Below, in pieces: positions 35,705-44,565 of a DNA stretch of 45,178 bases. How positions within the stretch are numbered: position 1 is the stretch's first letter; every line of letters starts with the position of its first letter. Below the pieces are notes generated by a model that had not been told where the DNA came from, ran no database searches, and saw only the letters and a program-made list of their open reading frames with translations. The position numbers were made by a program, and so were the translations under genes. Source of the stretch: a virus (lineage: Duplodnaviria > Caudoviricetes); the IMG/VR virus record IMGVR_UViG_3300040733_000068, positions 1 through 45,178 of that record, one strand, 5' to 3'.

Positions 35705-37312
35705 TCATGGGCTCACCTTCACTATCTTCCAATAGGCACTTTTGTGTGCGGTCCTATCCTTCACTATCTTGTAACCTCCTGGTAGTCTCGATCCTGCTTT
35801 TCGGCGGAGAGCATGACCGAGCTTATTGGCAAAGCTGTTTCCCTGCCGATTCCACGCTGCCATGAGCTCCCCCGGCACTGCGGAAATTAGCTGATCGTCG
35901 AAGTTGGTATGCCCCGCTTCGTCCCGCAAATACTGCACGATCTCGGCGACGGATACCGCGCTCGTGCCCCACAGATCATACCACTTCGCTGCGAACGCTG
36001 ACCACTCGGGGGTGTCCGCGTCGGCCTCGTCGTAGAGCTGATCGAGGTTGCCGAGGAACCCTTCGATACCGGCCACTGCGAGGATCCCGCCGATGATCTC
36101 GGACCACGACTCGAACGATCCGAGCTTCGGCAGGGTGTCCGGAACCGCTCTTCCGGCGACGATCCAGGCACGTGCAAGGATCAGGATCGCGCCGAGGATC
36201 GGCCCCCGGACATCCCGGATCCACCCCCGGAGATCGGGGTGCCGGAATTCGATCTCTCGCTGCCAGGGGCGTTCCGCGTCCGCGTCGATGCGGATCCAGT
36301 AGCACCGGCGCGGGATATCCCCGCCGAGCTCGATGTTGTTCCCCGTCCCGATCCAGGTGATCGTATGCGGAAAGATCGCCTGCTCCGATTTCCCGAGTAT
36401 TCGCCCCTCGTACACCGTCGAGGTGAGGAGCGCCGCGAGTGAAGGCGATTGGAGCCGTCCCTCCAGGTTATCGACCACGACCACGTTTCGTCCCGCGATC
36501 AGGACCGTCAGAATCTCCTTTCGCCAATCGGCCTCGTCCGTCGGCGGGGTCATGATCGACGGGTCCCGGCCGATCGTGATCTGCGAGATGCAGGATGCGA
36601 TGAGGGATGCCCCCGTGCCCTGCTGCGGTTTGTCGATCAGCGCGAGGGGGACCGGACCCTGAATCATGGGCCGGATCACCGGGGTCATGATCGTGGCGAT
36701 CGCGTTCGCCCTGCTCGCGTCGTCCACGAACGGGAAATCGCAGAACACCTCTTGCAGAAGCTCGGCGGCCATCGCGACCTGGTCGGGGGTGGGGCGCTCG
36801 GGGATGCGGGGGATCGACAGGTCGGGCGTCGGCATGTAATACAGGCCGGTCACTCGATCGAATCCCTTCCGATCCAGTACCGATCCGTCCGGGCGCATGG
36901 TCGGCGTCTCGATAATCCCAGTGATGGCCGGCAGTCCGAAATCCCCTGTAGGCTGCCGCATATAGTCGCGGACGACATCGAGCGGCGGCGGCACGATCGT
37001 ATCCGCGATCATCACCCGGCCGTCCCGGTCCCTCCGCTCCTTGGTCCGCACCCAATCGATGCAGCGAGCCATCTCATACCGGACCGTGTAATCGTCCATC
37101 TTCTCGATTGTCGGCCGTCCCTGCTCGTCAGCGCCGACACGGACGAGCGACCCGGCGCGGATGAACATATAGGGCTCCGAATCGTTCCAGTCCCGTAGCG
37201 CTCTCGTCGCGGCCCATGTGATCTTCGACAGGTCCAGGGTGTTGACGACGATCCGGGTTTCCGCTTCCGCCGGTGTCTCTCCTGGAGTCGTGGGGGCTGC
37301 TATCGTTGAGAT
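35705..37312 (-). CDS. SF3-like replicative helicase domain protein (primase-helicase family, no primase domain)
   Basis: DFPFVDDASRANAIA, PQQGTGASL (variant Walker A), VVVVDNL (Walker B), RILGKS, WIGTGNN, DIPRR. Start uncertain: in-frame ATC at 37312 follows a perfect GGAGGTG. Confidence 0.8.
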   Translation of the reverse strand: MSTIAAPTTPGETPAEAETRIVVNTLDLSKITWAATRALRDWNDSEPYMFIRAGSLVRVGADEQGRPTIEKMDDYTVRYEMARCIDWVRTKERRDRDGRVMIADTIVPPPLDVVRDYMRQPTGDFGLPAITGIIETPTMRPDGSVLDRKGFDRVTGLYYMPTPDLSIPRIPERPTPDQVAMAAELLQEVFCDFPFVDDASRANAIATIMTPVIRPMIQGPVPLALIDKPQQGTGASLIASCISQITIGRDPSIMTPPTDEADWRKEILTVLIAGRNVVVVDNLEGRLQSPSLAALLTSTVYEGRILGKSEQAIFPHTITWIGTGNNIELGGDIPRRCYWIRIDADAERPWQREIEFRHPDLRGWIRDVRGPILGAILILARAWIVAGRAVPDTLPKLGSFESWSEIIGGILAVAGIEGFLGNLDQLYDEADADTPEWSAFAAKWYDLWGTSAVSVAEIVQYLRDEAGHTNFDDQLISAVPGELMAAWNRQGNSFANKLGHALRRKAGSRLPGGYKIVKDRTAHKSAYWKIVKVSP

Positions 37313-37458
37313 GACGGCACCTCCGGCTCCTCGGGTTTCGACTCGCCGAACGGACAGAGGAGGAGCTTCCAGATTGCCGGGCACTTCTTCCCAGACCGGC
37401 GGCATATCGCATTGCCGTAGGGCTCTTCGATGGCGGGGCATCCATAGGCGTACATCAT
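37300..37458 (-). CDS. 52-aa Cys-rich peptide (absent from ORF track)
   Basis: MMYAYGCPAIEEPYGNAICRRSGKKCPAIWKLLLCPFGESKPEEPEVPSSQR*; ATGA-coupled to the upstream ORF. Confidence 0.5.
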   Translation of the reverse strand: MMYAYGCPAIEEPYGNAICRRSGKKCPAIWKLLLCPFGESKPEEPEVPSSQR

Positions 37459-37628
37459 CCCGATCCCCCGTTCACACCAACCAACACCCCCGGCACCCGG
37501 ACGATGGTGTAGAATTTTTCGCCATACGGACTATCGGCATACGGCTCGGCGGAGACCGTCACCCCCTTGCAGCGGGACAGTTCCGCGATCAGCTCGCGAA
37601 TCCGCTCCCTCTCTTCTGGAGTCGTCAT
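37455..37628 (-). CDS. 57-aa hypothetical protein (absent from ORF track)
   Basis: MTTPEERERIRELIAELSRCKGVTVSAEPYADSPYGEKFYTIVRVPGVLVGVNGGSG*; ATGA overlaps at both ends. Confidence 0.55.
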   Translation of the reverse strand: MTTPEERERIRELIAELSRCKGVTVSAEPYADSPYGEKFYTIVRVPGVLVGVNGGSG

Positions 37629-38260
37629 CGGGCCGTCTCCGTGGCCGTGTGCTCATTGACTCGGGCCTGCAGGTCGATCAGGTCGTCCACCTCGATCACC
37701 GCGAATTCCCCTCCCTCCGGCAGCCCCTTCGAGGGCTCGAGCAGGAGCACCAGCATGGGCCTGAGCGGAGTGAGGGTCTGCATCGTCTCGCACAGCCCGC
37801 GGCTCTCCAGAAGCCATTGCCGGAACTGGATCGTTTTCTTGGATTTCGTCAGGATCCACCAGTCCGGGGGGCAGGGGTGACGACTCAAGAGGATGCAGAG
37901 GTCTTTCCGCTCCACGATCGCGAAGTCCCCGCCATAGCGTAAGCCCTTACAGGGCGAGAGCCGCATCACGAGGAGCGGCCGAAGCGGGATCCCTGCGGTC
38001 CGGTTCTCAAGATCGCAGTTCGTCCGCGTCTGCTGGAGCCAAAGGCGGAGCTCGATCACCTCATGGTGCTTGCACTCCACCGCCCACGGAAACGCAGCGC
38101 GAGCGCGATCCGAGAGCCGGATATCAATCCCCGGTAGCCCCATCGGCGCGGGCATTACGTCCTCTTTCGGCAGATCGAACCGCCGACGGATCTTCTCCGC
38201 GATCCGGTTCTGCAGGGCTCGCGATTTCCCCTTCTTCGTCGCGGTCGAATTCGCCGTCAT
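37625..38260 (-). CDS. Holliday junction resolvase-like PD-(D/E)xK nuclease
   Basis: KGKSRALQNRIA...MGLPGIDIRLS...FPWAVECKHHE...PLLVMR; the C-terminal half is duplicated. Confidence 0.8.
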   Translation of the reverse strand: MTANSTATKKGKSRALQNRIAEKIRRRFDLPKEDVMPAPMGLPGIDIRLSDRARAAFPWAVECKHHEVIELRLWLQQTRTNCDLENRTAGIPLRPLLVMRLSPCKGLRYGGDFAIVERKDLCILLSRHPCPPDWWILTKSKKTIQFRQWLLESRGLCETMQTLTPLRPMLVLLLEPSKGLPEGGEFAVIEVDDLIDLQARVNEHTATETAR

Positions 38261-38535
38261 CGCGGAGCACGCTCCCGGATCAGAGCTTCGCGAAGGATGT
38301 TATGGAGTATCGAATCCGCGATCCCATATGAGGCGGCGATCGCGGCCCTGCTCTCTCCGGCCTGGAGCCGTTCGAGGACCGGAGCGGAATCTTTCCTGAG
38401 CTGCGCCGTGACGATCTCCTTCTGCGATCCCCTCTTCAGGCGGGCTCTATGGACGAGTCGCTTTCCGTCCGTCAGGGTCCGGAGGGCGTCGCCGAGGTTC
38501 ATGCGGGCGCCGTGCTCTTCTGTAGCCGTTGCCAT
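38257..38535 (-). CDS. HTH DNA-binding protein
   Basis: GESRAAIAASYGIADSILHNIL helix-turn-helix. Confidence 0.7.
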   Translation of the reverse strand: MATATEEHGARMNLGDALRTLTDGKRLVHRARLKRGSQKEIVTAQLRKDSAPVLERLQAGESRAAIAASYGIADSILHNILREALIRERAPR

Positions 38536-39497
38536 TCTGCGATCACTCCTGTCAGTCGTCGTGTGGTCTCCGGAAACGCGGCCTGATACGCGGTCCAGGC
38601 TTCTTCCGGTGTTGCGGCTCCCTTGAGGACCTGGTGTTCAAATGTGGAATATTTCAGAAACGCCCGCACGGGAGACCGGATCCCGAAGACTTCCCGATAA
38701 TGCCTGATCCGGGTAACAAGCCGGGCTTTCGTCTCGGGGCTCCGATCGGAGCACACTCGTTCAACGAGGGCCTCCGGGGCCTCAGCCGAGTTCGCGAGAT
38801 CCTCGGCGGAAAAGAGACCTATCGCCCAGATTGCCGTATGAATCGTGTTCTTTTTGACTGTCTCGTCGTTCGTCAGGATCTCGGCATACCGCCAGAGGTC
38901 GGGGCGGTCCGCGATCGCCGCACAGAGCACCGGCGGCGTGCGTTCCCCGAAATTTCTTCTGATAAAGTTCTCTTTCCAGGTCCGGACCGCTCGCTGTCGT
39001 GTGTCCGCGTCCTGCGGCCCCCTCTGTCGGGGCTGCAGCTCGGCTCGGAGCACATACCGCCGGTATCGGATCACATGGGTCGACAGGTTCCGGATCCCGG
39101 TTCGCAGCTCGATCCACTCGGGGGCAATGGAGAGATCCGAAAGAGCCTCCTCCGGGATCCGCCGGAGAGAGTAATAGCTCGTCCGGATCGATGCCTCGGC
39201 GAATTCTCCCTGCATGCGTTCCTGCATCAGGGCGAGGTCATCCCGGACCGGAGCGGGCGGGGGGCCGTGTTTTTTGTGGAGCTCGAGCGGGATCCTCGGC
39301 TTCGGTTGCTGGGTTCGCTTTCGACGGGCGGCCTTCGGCGGGGTCGGGTCGATCTGCGGTTCGGGGGGGGCCTGCCAGAGCGGGAGGTTGTGTTCCCGTC
39401 GCCAGTTCCAGCACTCGGGATCGGGGATCTCCTCGCCGATGTGGCAGGAAGGGAAGGCCGGGCACGACTCGCAGAGCAGGGCCTCGATATCCATCAC
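38499..39497 (-). CDS. Hypothetical protein (N-terminal Cys cluster)
   Basis: 332-aa ORF in the coupled early array; CESC...C...C. Confidence 0.6.
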   Translation of the reverse strand: MMDIEALLCESCPAFPSCHIGEEIPDPECWNWRREHNLPLWQAPPEPQIDPTPPKAARRKRTQQPKPRIPLELHKKHGPPPAPVRDDLALMQERMQGEFAEASIRTSYYSLRRIPEEALSDLSIAPEWIELRTGIRNLSTHVIRYRRYVLRAELQPRQRGPQDADTRQRAVRTWKENFIRRNFGERTPPVLCAAIADRPDLWRYAEILTNDETVKKNTIHTAIWAIGLFSAEDLANSAEAPEALVERVCSDRSPETKARLVTRIRHYREVFGIRSPVRAFLKYSTFEHQVLKGAATPEEAWTAYQAAFPETTRRLTGVIAEWQRLQKSTAPA

Positions 39498-39715
39498 GGA
39501 ATCGCCCCCGTCAGGTATCGAGGGGTGGTCCGGACCTCGATCCGGATCGCCTCCTGCTCCACCAGTCCACTCACCAGATACGACCGGAATTCATCGGCGA
39601 TGTGGTCCGCGATCTCCTCGAAGAAGCCCCGTTCCCCTCGCGGGTACGAGTGCGGATAGAGCATCGCGAACCGTCCCGAGAATGTGAGGGTTACCGTAAA
39701 CGTCCCGGCAGTCAC
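39494..39715 (-). CDS. Hypothetical protein
   Basis: 73 aa, coupled at both ends. Confidence 0.5.
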   Translation of the reverse strand: MTAGTFTVTLTFSGRFAMLYPHSYPRGERGFFEEIADHIADEFRSYLVSGLVEQEAIRIEVRTTPRYLTGAIP

Positions 39716-39927
39716 CCCAATCGCCCCCGCGGCTTCTCACGGGACCAGACCGATTCGTCCCGGCGGGGCGGTTTCTCGCGGCTCCTTTCTTCCTTCCGCG
39801 TGTGTTCCCTCGGCCGATTCAGGGACTCGATCAGCCCGTTGGCCCGTGCGAGCTTCACCGCTTTGGGGTCTCGCCTGCTCCAGATCTCCGAGTCCGGCGA
39901 GACGCGGAGCGGGGTTTCGTCGGTCAC
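39712..39927 (-). CDS. Hypothetical basic protein
   Basis: GTG 39927 overlaps the upstream stop. Confidence 0.45.
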   Translation of the reverse strand: MTDETPLRVSPDSEIWSRRDPKAVKLARANGLIESLNRPREHTRKEERSREKPPRRDESVWSREKPRGRLG

Positions 39928-40247
39928 GGGGTCACCTCGGCGAGGGGGATCGGGCCGTGCTGATACCCGATCAGAACGGCTTTCGCCGTCGCGATCTGCG
40001 TCGCCCAACAGCCGAGCGAGAGGTCCGGCGCGGGACGGATCCGGATCTCCCCGTACTCGGTCGCATAGGCGATCCCGGTCTCAGTCACCCCATCGTTCTG
40101 GAACAGTTCGGAAAACTGATTCCCGTCCAGGATGAGCGGCGCGTCGGGCCGGAGGAGATAGAGCGGACTGGTCGGGAACCCATTGATCTGCAGGGTCATC
40201 GCGAACCGTTCGAGGCTCGGAGGCGTCTCGAGGGTCACGGCGCCCAT
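39924..40247 (-). CDS. Hypothetical protein
   Basis: Start at 40247 (or GTG 40238) after GGAGG. Confidence 0.5.
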   Translation of the reverse strand: MGAVTLETPPSLERFAMTLQINGFPTSPLYLLRPDAPLILDGNQFSELFQNDGVTETGIAYATEYGEIRIRPAPDLSLGCWATQIATAKAVLIGYQHGPIPLAEVTP

Positions 40248-40555
40248 CCTCCAGCTCCGAGGGTCTCGTCGGCGAGCGAGGTAAACAGGTCGTGGTTCGT
40301 GACGTGGATCGGGACGAACGCGGCATGCGTATACGTACACACGACCCGATCGAGCTCTTCGCTCTCCACAAGAGCGGCGAACAGAACCGAGAGCGCGCCC
40401 GCACACGACCGCCACTCCTCCCGGGGGCACACCAGTAACGGGCACCGATCGGGGGCGCCGGAAAAAGGATCGCAGTATACCGATCGGTTAAGGATGCACT
40501 CAAGCCCCCGGCCCTTGGGATCGATATACTGGAGATCCGCGTGTTCGCAGATCAT
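40235..40555 (-). CDS. Hypothetical Cys-rich protein
   Basis: MICEHAD start at 40555; ATGA overlap with the ASCH stop. Confidence 0.5.
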   Translation of the reverse strand: MICEHADLQYIDPKGRGLECILNRSVYCDPFSGAPDRCPLLVCPREEWRSCAGALSVLFAALVESEELDRVVCTYTHAAFVPIHVTNHDLFTSLADETLGAGGWAP

Positions 40556-40857
40556 TCCGGGCACCTCGCGAAGAAATGCACGAAATAGACCTTTTCGGCC
40601 GAGAAATTCCTGCGATGGAGCGATCTCCAGAGGATTTCGAAGTCCTCGGGGCTCTCGCACCCTTCGAGCCGATAGAAATGCTCCCGGACGTTCTGAAGGG
40701 TCATGGTCCCGACGTCGATAATCCGGAATCGCACGCCCTGGATCTCGAACTCGTCTCCGGCCCGGCCTTTCTGCTCATCGCGAGACGTGCAGATCTTCCG
40801 CCCCTCAAGCGCGGCGGTCGCCATCCTCGACGAGAATTTCAGGGTGATCAGGGACAT
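40552..40857 (-). CDS. ASCH domain protein
   Basis: LKFSSRMATAALEGRKICTSR (GxKxxTxR), GDEF, EGCESPEDF, VYFVHFF. Confidence 0.85.
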   Translation of the reverse strand: MSLITLKFSSRMATAALEGRKICTSRDEQKGRAGDEFEIQGVRFRIIDVGTMTLQNVREHFYRLEGCESPEDFEILWRSLHRRNFSAEKVYFVHFFARCPE

Positions 40858-41129
40858 GCCCCGCATCCTCCCTGATCAGAAGACCCAGCCCGCACCTCTC
40901 CTGCATGCTCTGGTGAGAACAGGCCCGATCGAATATTCGAAAGGATCATATCGGCCGCTTCGATATGGCCGCGAGCCCGTCCCCGGTCGTAGTCGGAACT
41001 GTCGATTTCGACGAACACGGGCGGGGCTGCTCGCATGCACTCGCACCATTGTTCGACGGCGTACCGGCTCAGAAACTCAATCCCATGGACCAGGCGCCGC
41101 CCGGGTGTGTTCAGGGGACTTCGCTTCAT
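40848..41129 (-). CDS. Hypothetical protein
   Basis: MKRSPLN start at 41129 after GAGGAG. Confidence 0.45.
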   Translation of the reverse strand: MKRSPLNTPGRRLVHGIEFLSRYAVEQWCECMRAAPPVFVEIDSSDYDRGRARGHIEAADMILSNIRSGLFSPEHAGEVRAGSSDQGGCGACP

Positions 41130-41329
41130 GGCGACTCCTCGACGAAACGCCCGTCCACTATCGCGGGGCGAGGGTTCCGCACCGGTCGCGGCCGGAAGTG
41201 CGGCTCGCAGGCGACGACCTCCGCCGGCGGGATGAGGAAGATCAGGCCGGTCCGCTCGCAGCGATAACTCTCCGCTCGCTCCGTGTCCGGGAGAGAGCAG
41301 GCAGAGCACTCGATACAGGCGGGGCTCAT
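41126..41329 (-). CDS. Small Cys-rich protein
   Basis: MSPACIECSAC...YRCERTG...C. Confidence 0.5.
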   Translation of the reverse strand: MSPACIECSACSLPDTERAESYRCERTGLIFLIPPAEVVACEPHFRPRPVRNPRPAIVDGRFVEESP

Positions 41330-41454
41330 CGTGGTTCCCCCTGGTCGCAATCTCGGACCCCTCCGGCAGGAAGCAGGATCGCCCGTCGTCGACAGAGCCA
41401 CCCAAGAACGATAGGATTCCCGCAGCGGTGCCGGCACTCCTCGCAGCGGATCAT
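41326..41454 (-). CDS. 42-aa Cys-rich peptide (absent from ORF track)
   Basis: MIRCEECRHRCGNPIVLGWLCRRRAILLPAGGVRDCDQGEPR*; ATGA overlaps at both ends. Confidence 0.5.
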   Translation of the reverse strand: MIRCEECRHRCGNPIVLGWLCRRRAILLPAGGVRDCDQGEPR

Positions 41455-41654
41455 CTGTTCGCCACCTGATGTAGCGCCTTCGCTCGAGCGATGAACCCTC
41501 GGGGGAGTTGCACCCCTTCCCAGGCTCCCGGCCCGGTCGGAGAATCGATCAGCCCCGTTTCAGCGTCGATCATCGCGCCGGCGGGAAGCGGGATCGGCCG
41601 CTTCTTCCGGAGCCGGCGGCGGAGTCCGTGCGGGAGGGGGATGAGTTGGGCCAT
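41451..41654 (-). CDS. Hypothetical protein
   Basis: MAQLIPLP start at 41654 after GGGAGGG. Confidence 0.45.
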   Translation of the reverse strand: MAQLIPLPHGLRRRLRKKRPIPLPAGAMIDAETGLIDSPTGPGAWEGVQLPRGFIARAKALHQVANR

Positions 41655-41798
41655 CCTATCCCTCCCTGATGCAGGATTCAAACCCGCCCTCCGGGACCAC
41701 GGCATTTCCTGGAACGCAGAAGTCCCGGATCCCGTCCGGCATGGGGGTGCGCTCGGGGCATGACTCGCAGGATGTCATTTTCGGAGTCATCGCCAACC

Positions 41799-42341
41799 TC
41801 AAAGTGCCTGTATACACGCCTTGCAGAGGTTCCGCGAGACAAACAGCCGGCTCGTCTTCTCCTCGGCTGCCGTGAGGGCCTTCCCGCACGTCTCGCACAA
41901 GGCCCCGTTCGCGGCCATCGTCTCCTCCTTCTTCGGCTTATTCTGACCAGGAGCTGCCTTCTCCTTCTCGGACGATGAGGGGACGTGCGGATCCTTCTTC
42001 GCCGGGGCGGAGGGCTGCTGTTTCGTTGACTTATCCGGCGCGGGAGGCTGTTCCGGCTTCGGTTCGGCGGGGGTCTCCTTGACGGGCGCGGGCGGGGCTT
42101 CGACCGGTGTCGGGGCGGCGGGGGGACCGCCCCCGAGAACGCGATTGCACCATGCATCGACCCGTGCACCGATCTCGAGATCCTCTCGCCCGAACTTCGC
42201 GAGCACCTGAGCGAACGCGGCGATCAGTTCGTCGGTCTCGCTCTCGGTTCGAATCTGAGCCTCCAGCTCCACCTTCAGATTCTCGTAATTCCCGAGGTTG
42301 ATCGTCCCGCCGACGATGAGCCGGGCGCCACCGGGGATCAT
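41799..42341 (-). CDS. Hypothetical protein with Pro/Lys linker and C-terminal Zn finger
   Basis: Start at 42341; GGTINLGNYENLKVEL N-domain and CETC...LCKAC. Confidence 0.7.
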   Translation of the reverse strand: MIPGGARLIVGGTINLGNYENLKVELEAQIRTESETDELIAAFAQVLAKFGREDLEIGARVDAWCNRVLGGGPPAAPTPVEAPPAPVKETPAEPKPEQPPAPDKSTKQQPSAPAKKDPHVPSSSEKEKAAPGQNKPKKEETMAANGALCETCGKALTAAEEKTSRLFVSRNLCKACIQAL

Positions 42342-42721
42342 CGGGCGATCACCCCTCGACGGAACTGGTAGCCCGTGGCGGTCGGATCGCCCGGGTACCT
42401 CTTGATGAGGATCGGCGCTTCGAGCATGGTTCGATCGATGAGGTATTTCGCGGTCCTGGCCGGGATCATGAATTCCCGCCCGTCCTTGAGGACCAGATAG
42501 AGCCATTCCTCATCTCTGCTCAGGGAGGCGAGCCCGACCTGATCGCGCCAATCGTCGCATACCTCAATGTTCGGATAGAGGGCTCCCTTCAGGAGATCCC
42601 GGAGGTCGTCGACCTGACAGAAGACGGGGCCGCCTGACACCTCGAATTTAAGACGGCCGTCGAGCCGGCGGACCGTCCCGCAGGAATCCGAGGCATAGAG
42701 GAGACTGGAGATCCCCTCCAT
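42338..42721 (-). CDS. Hypothetical protein
   Basis: 127 aa; GAGGTG SD; coupled. Confidence 0.65.
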   Translation of the reverse strand: MEGISSLLYASDSCGTVRRLDGRLKFEVSGGPVFCQVDDLRDLLKGALYPNIEVCDDWRDQVGLASLSRDEEWLYLVLKDGREFMIPARTAKYLIDRTMLEAPILIKRYPGDPTATGYQFRRGVIAR

Positions 42722-43017
42722 TATTTCACCTCGGCAGTGGCCGGATATCCATCGACCGTTTCGAGGAATTCGGCGAGCGGTGTTTCCGGGCGCTTTCCCT
42801 TCACTCCGAAGACGGCCGAGATCTTGAACTCCAGGATGCTCGTCTCGACATCGCGCCGGGTGTCGAACTCCTCCCGGATCTGCTCGCGGATGAGGGTATC
42901 GGCATGCTGGAGCATGTCGTTATAATCGCCGTCGGTCTCCGTCTCGATCCCGAGCTCCTTGCACTTGATCGTCCACGATCCATTTTTCTCGGGTGCGATC
43001 GTGACTTTCGCTTTCAT
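42721..43017 (-). CDS. HicB-like (N-terminal fold) protein
   Basis: KVTIAPEKNGSWTIKCKELGIETETDGDYNDMLQHADTLI follows the HicB beta-beta-beta-alpha pattern; no HicA gene nearby. Confidence 0.55.
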   Translation of the reverse strand: MKAKVTIAPEKNGSWTIKCKELGIETETDGDYNDMLQHADTLIREQIREEFDTRRDVETSILEFKISAVFGVKGKRPETPLAEFLETVDGYPATAEVK

Positions 43018-43526
43018 GATCTCCTCCCCTCTTGCATGATCTCGCTTTTCTTCCGCCGGGGTGCGTGGCCGGCCATCACTTTCGGCGCTGCAGGGTTGAT
43101 CAGAACGAGTTTCGGCGCGAGCTTGACGATCGTCTGAGGCTCGCAGACCTCCCGCACCTCGTCATCGGTCAGGAATTCCTGTACTACCGTGACAGGGATC
43201 GATTCCTTGAGGCAGCGTTCGACGAGCTCGGGATAGCGGGCTTTGAACACGGCGACGTCGATCACCCGGTTGCTCTTCTTCGTCGGCACCTGGATCCGGA
43301 GCGTCCCGAATTCGTGGACCTCCGGCGGGGCATCGGCGGCGAACGCCCTATCGAAGAGAGCATCCCGTTTTGCCTGGAGCAGTTCAAGCGCGTCGGCATA
43401 GGGCTTCCCTGCGAGGCGTTCGGCTTCGTGCTTCTCCTCCTCGACCGCCTTGATCCGGGCGTCGAGATCCCAGATCTCTTTGAGAGAGACGGGGGCCTCG
43501 GTCTGGGGGGTGGTGGTTTGGACCAT
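43014..43526 (-). CDS. Hypothetical coiled-coil protein (Gp157/Gam-like architecture possible)
   Basis: Start MVQTT at 43526; coiled coil, then RVIDVAVFKARYPEL. Confidence 0.6.
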   Translation of the reverse strand: MVQTTTPQTEAPVSLKEIWDLDARIKAVEEEKHEAERLAGKPYADALELLQAKRDALFDRAFAADAPPEVHEFGTLRIQVPTKKSNRVIDVAVFKARYPELVERCLKESIPVTVVQEFLTDDEVREVCEPQTIVKLAPKLVLINPAAPKVMAGHAPRRKKSEIMQEGRRS

Positions 43527-43527
43527 C

Positions 43528-43938
43528 TCACACCACCGCCATACGCACGCCTTTACGAGGAGTCGACAGGCGCGCATTCTCGGCCTTCAGGTTCAGCTCC
43601 GCGTCCTGGTAGCGGTCCGCGAGGACCTCGACGGCTTCACGATCGCCTCTGTCGTAGTGGCCTGCAAGGTGCGCTTTCGGGATCTGGAAAAAAGCGTTGC
43701 CGTACTCGGTCGCTACGCGCACCGTGAGAGTTTTCCCGGATTTCGATTTCCAGGATAATCCGGTAGGGACCGGGCCGTCGTCGGTGAGCTTGTGGACTGG
43801 AACATCTACGCCGTTCAGGAACGATTCGGCATATTCCTCGGCGATCCCATAATGGCCGGCCGCCTGACCTTTGAAGATGCGGAACCGGACCCCATTGCCG
43901 AACCGTCGGGCGCTGCCGACGGTCACTAGGTCGGTCAT
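43528..43938 (-). CDS. Hypothetical protein
   Basis: 136 aa; GGGGGAG SD. Confidence 0.6.
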   Translation of the reverse strand: MTDLVTVGSARRFGNGVRFRIFKGQAAGHYGIAEEYAESFLNGVDVPVHKLTDDGPVPTGLSWKSKSGKTLTVRVATEYGNAFFQIPKAHLAGHYDRGDREAVEVLADRYQDAELNLKAENARLSTPRKGVRMAVV

Positions 43939-44232
43939 CTGGAACTCCCCCGGATGTTCCCTTCATTGCTGGGGGTGTTCGCGAGGGTCCGCGCAAGCAG
44001 TGCAGAGCCGACAGAACCTTGATATATGTCAGCTACAATATAGTGGCAGTCCACCCCATTCCCGTGCTTGGCGGCTGTGGTTTGGGGGCTGCCCTCTGTT
44101 TTTGCCATCATTTCCTCCGTTCTGGATCATCCGTGATCTTGATCCGTCCTTCTCGGATGTGTCGTTCCACCATGCCCGGCTCGATCGCTTCGATATACTG
44201 CAGATCGCCGCGATATACGAGAACCGGGCGCG

Positions 44233-44418
44233 TTACTGCTCCGGATTGCATTTTTCCCACTCCGCAATGAAGAAGTCCCAGGCGTCCTGCAGAGCCTTGG
44301 AAGTCGTGCGTTTCATCTCGGACTGATACCGTTCGAGCTGACGAATCCGAACCTCGTCGAATATCGAGGTCACCGTATACCGGGGCTCCCGGATTACGGC
44401 TAGAGAGGCTGTCGCCAT
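44233..44418 (-). CDS. Small RHH-like regulator (Cro-equivalent), first gene of leftward early operon
   Basis: Beta strand RYTVTSIF followed by helices DEVRIRQLERYQSEM and TTSKALQDAWDFFIAEW. Confidence 0.55.
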   Translation of the reverse strand: MATASLAVIREPRYTVTSIFDEVRIRQLERYQSEMKRTTSKALQDAWDFFIAEWEKCNPEQ

Positions 44419-44565
44419 AATTTCTAATTAGGCTCTAGATAGATATATCTATCTAATTAGGGCGTAAAGGGAAATTCAAACTGAATAGAGAACGAAATAA
44501 GGCCCAATTAGGCTATTCCCTGTTCCAAAGGTATATAATCCACTATTGATTATGTATCTTCGAGA
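44419..44565. promoter_or_regulatory. Divergent promoter/operator region (lysogeny switch)
   Basis: Perfect 20-bp palindrome TAGATAGATATATCTATCTA (44436-44455); three AATTAGG boxes (44426, 44455, 44506); CCAAAG-GTATATAA BRE/TATA for the rightward gene. Confidence 0.7.

Noticed and set aside
35439-35732. ORF with a GGLGGLGGL repeat after the helicase
   Set aside because: Better explained as translation through the iteron/AT-rich origin-like DNA; coding status unsupported.
41660-41750. T-arm-like hairpin GCGGG-TTTGAAT-CCTGC on the minus strand, suggesting a tRNA
   Set aside because: The acceptor and anticodon stems do not pair, and the region reads as a small Cys-containing ORF.
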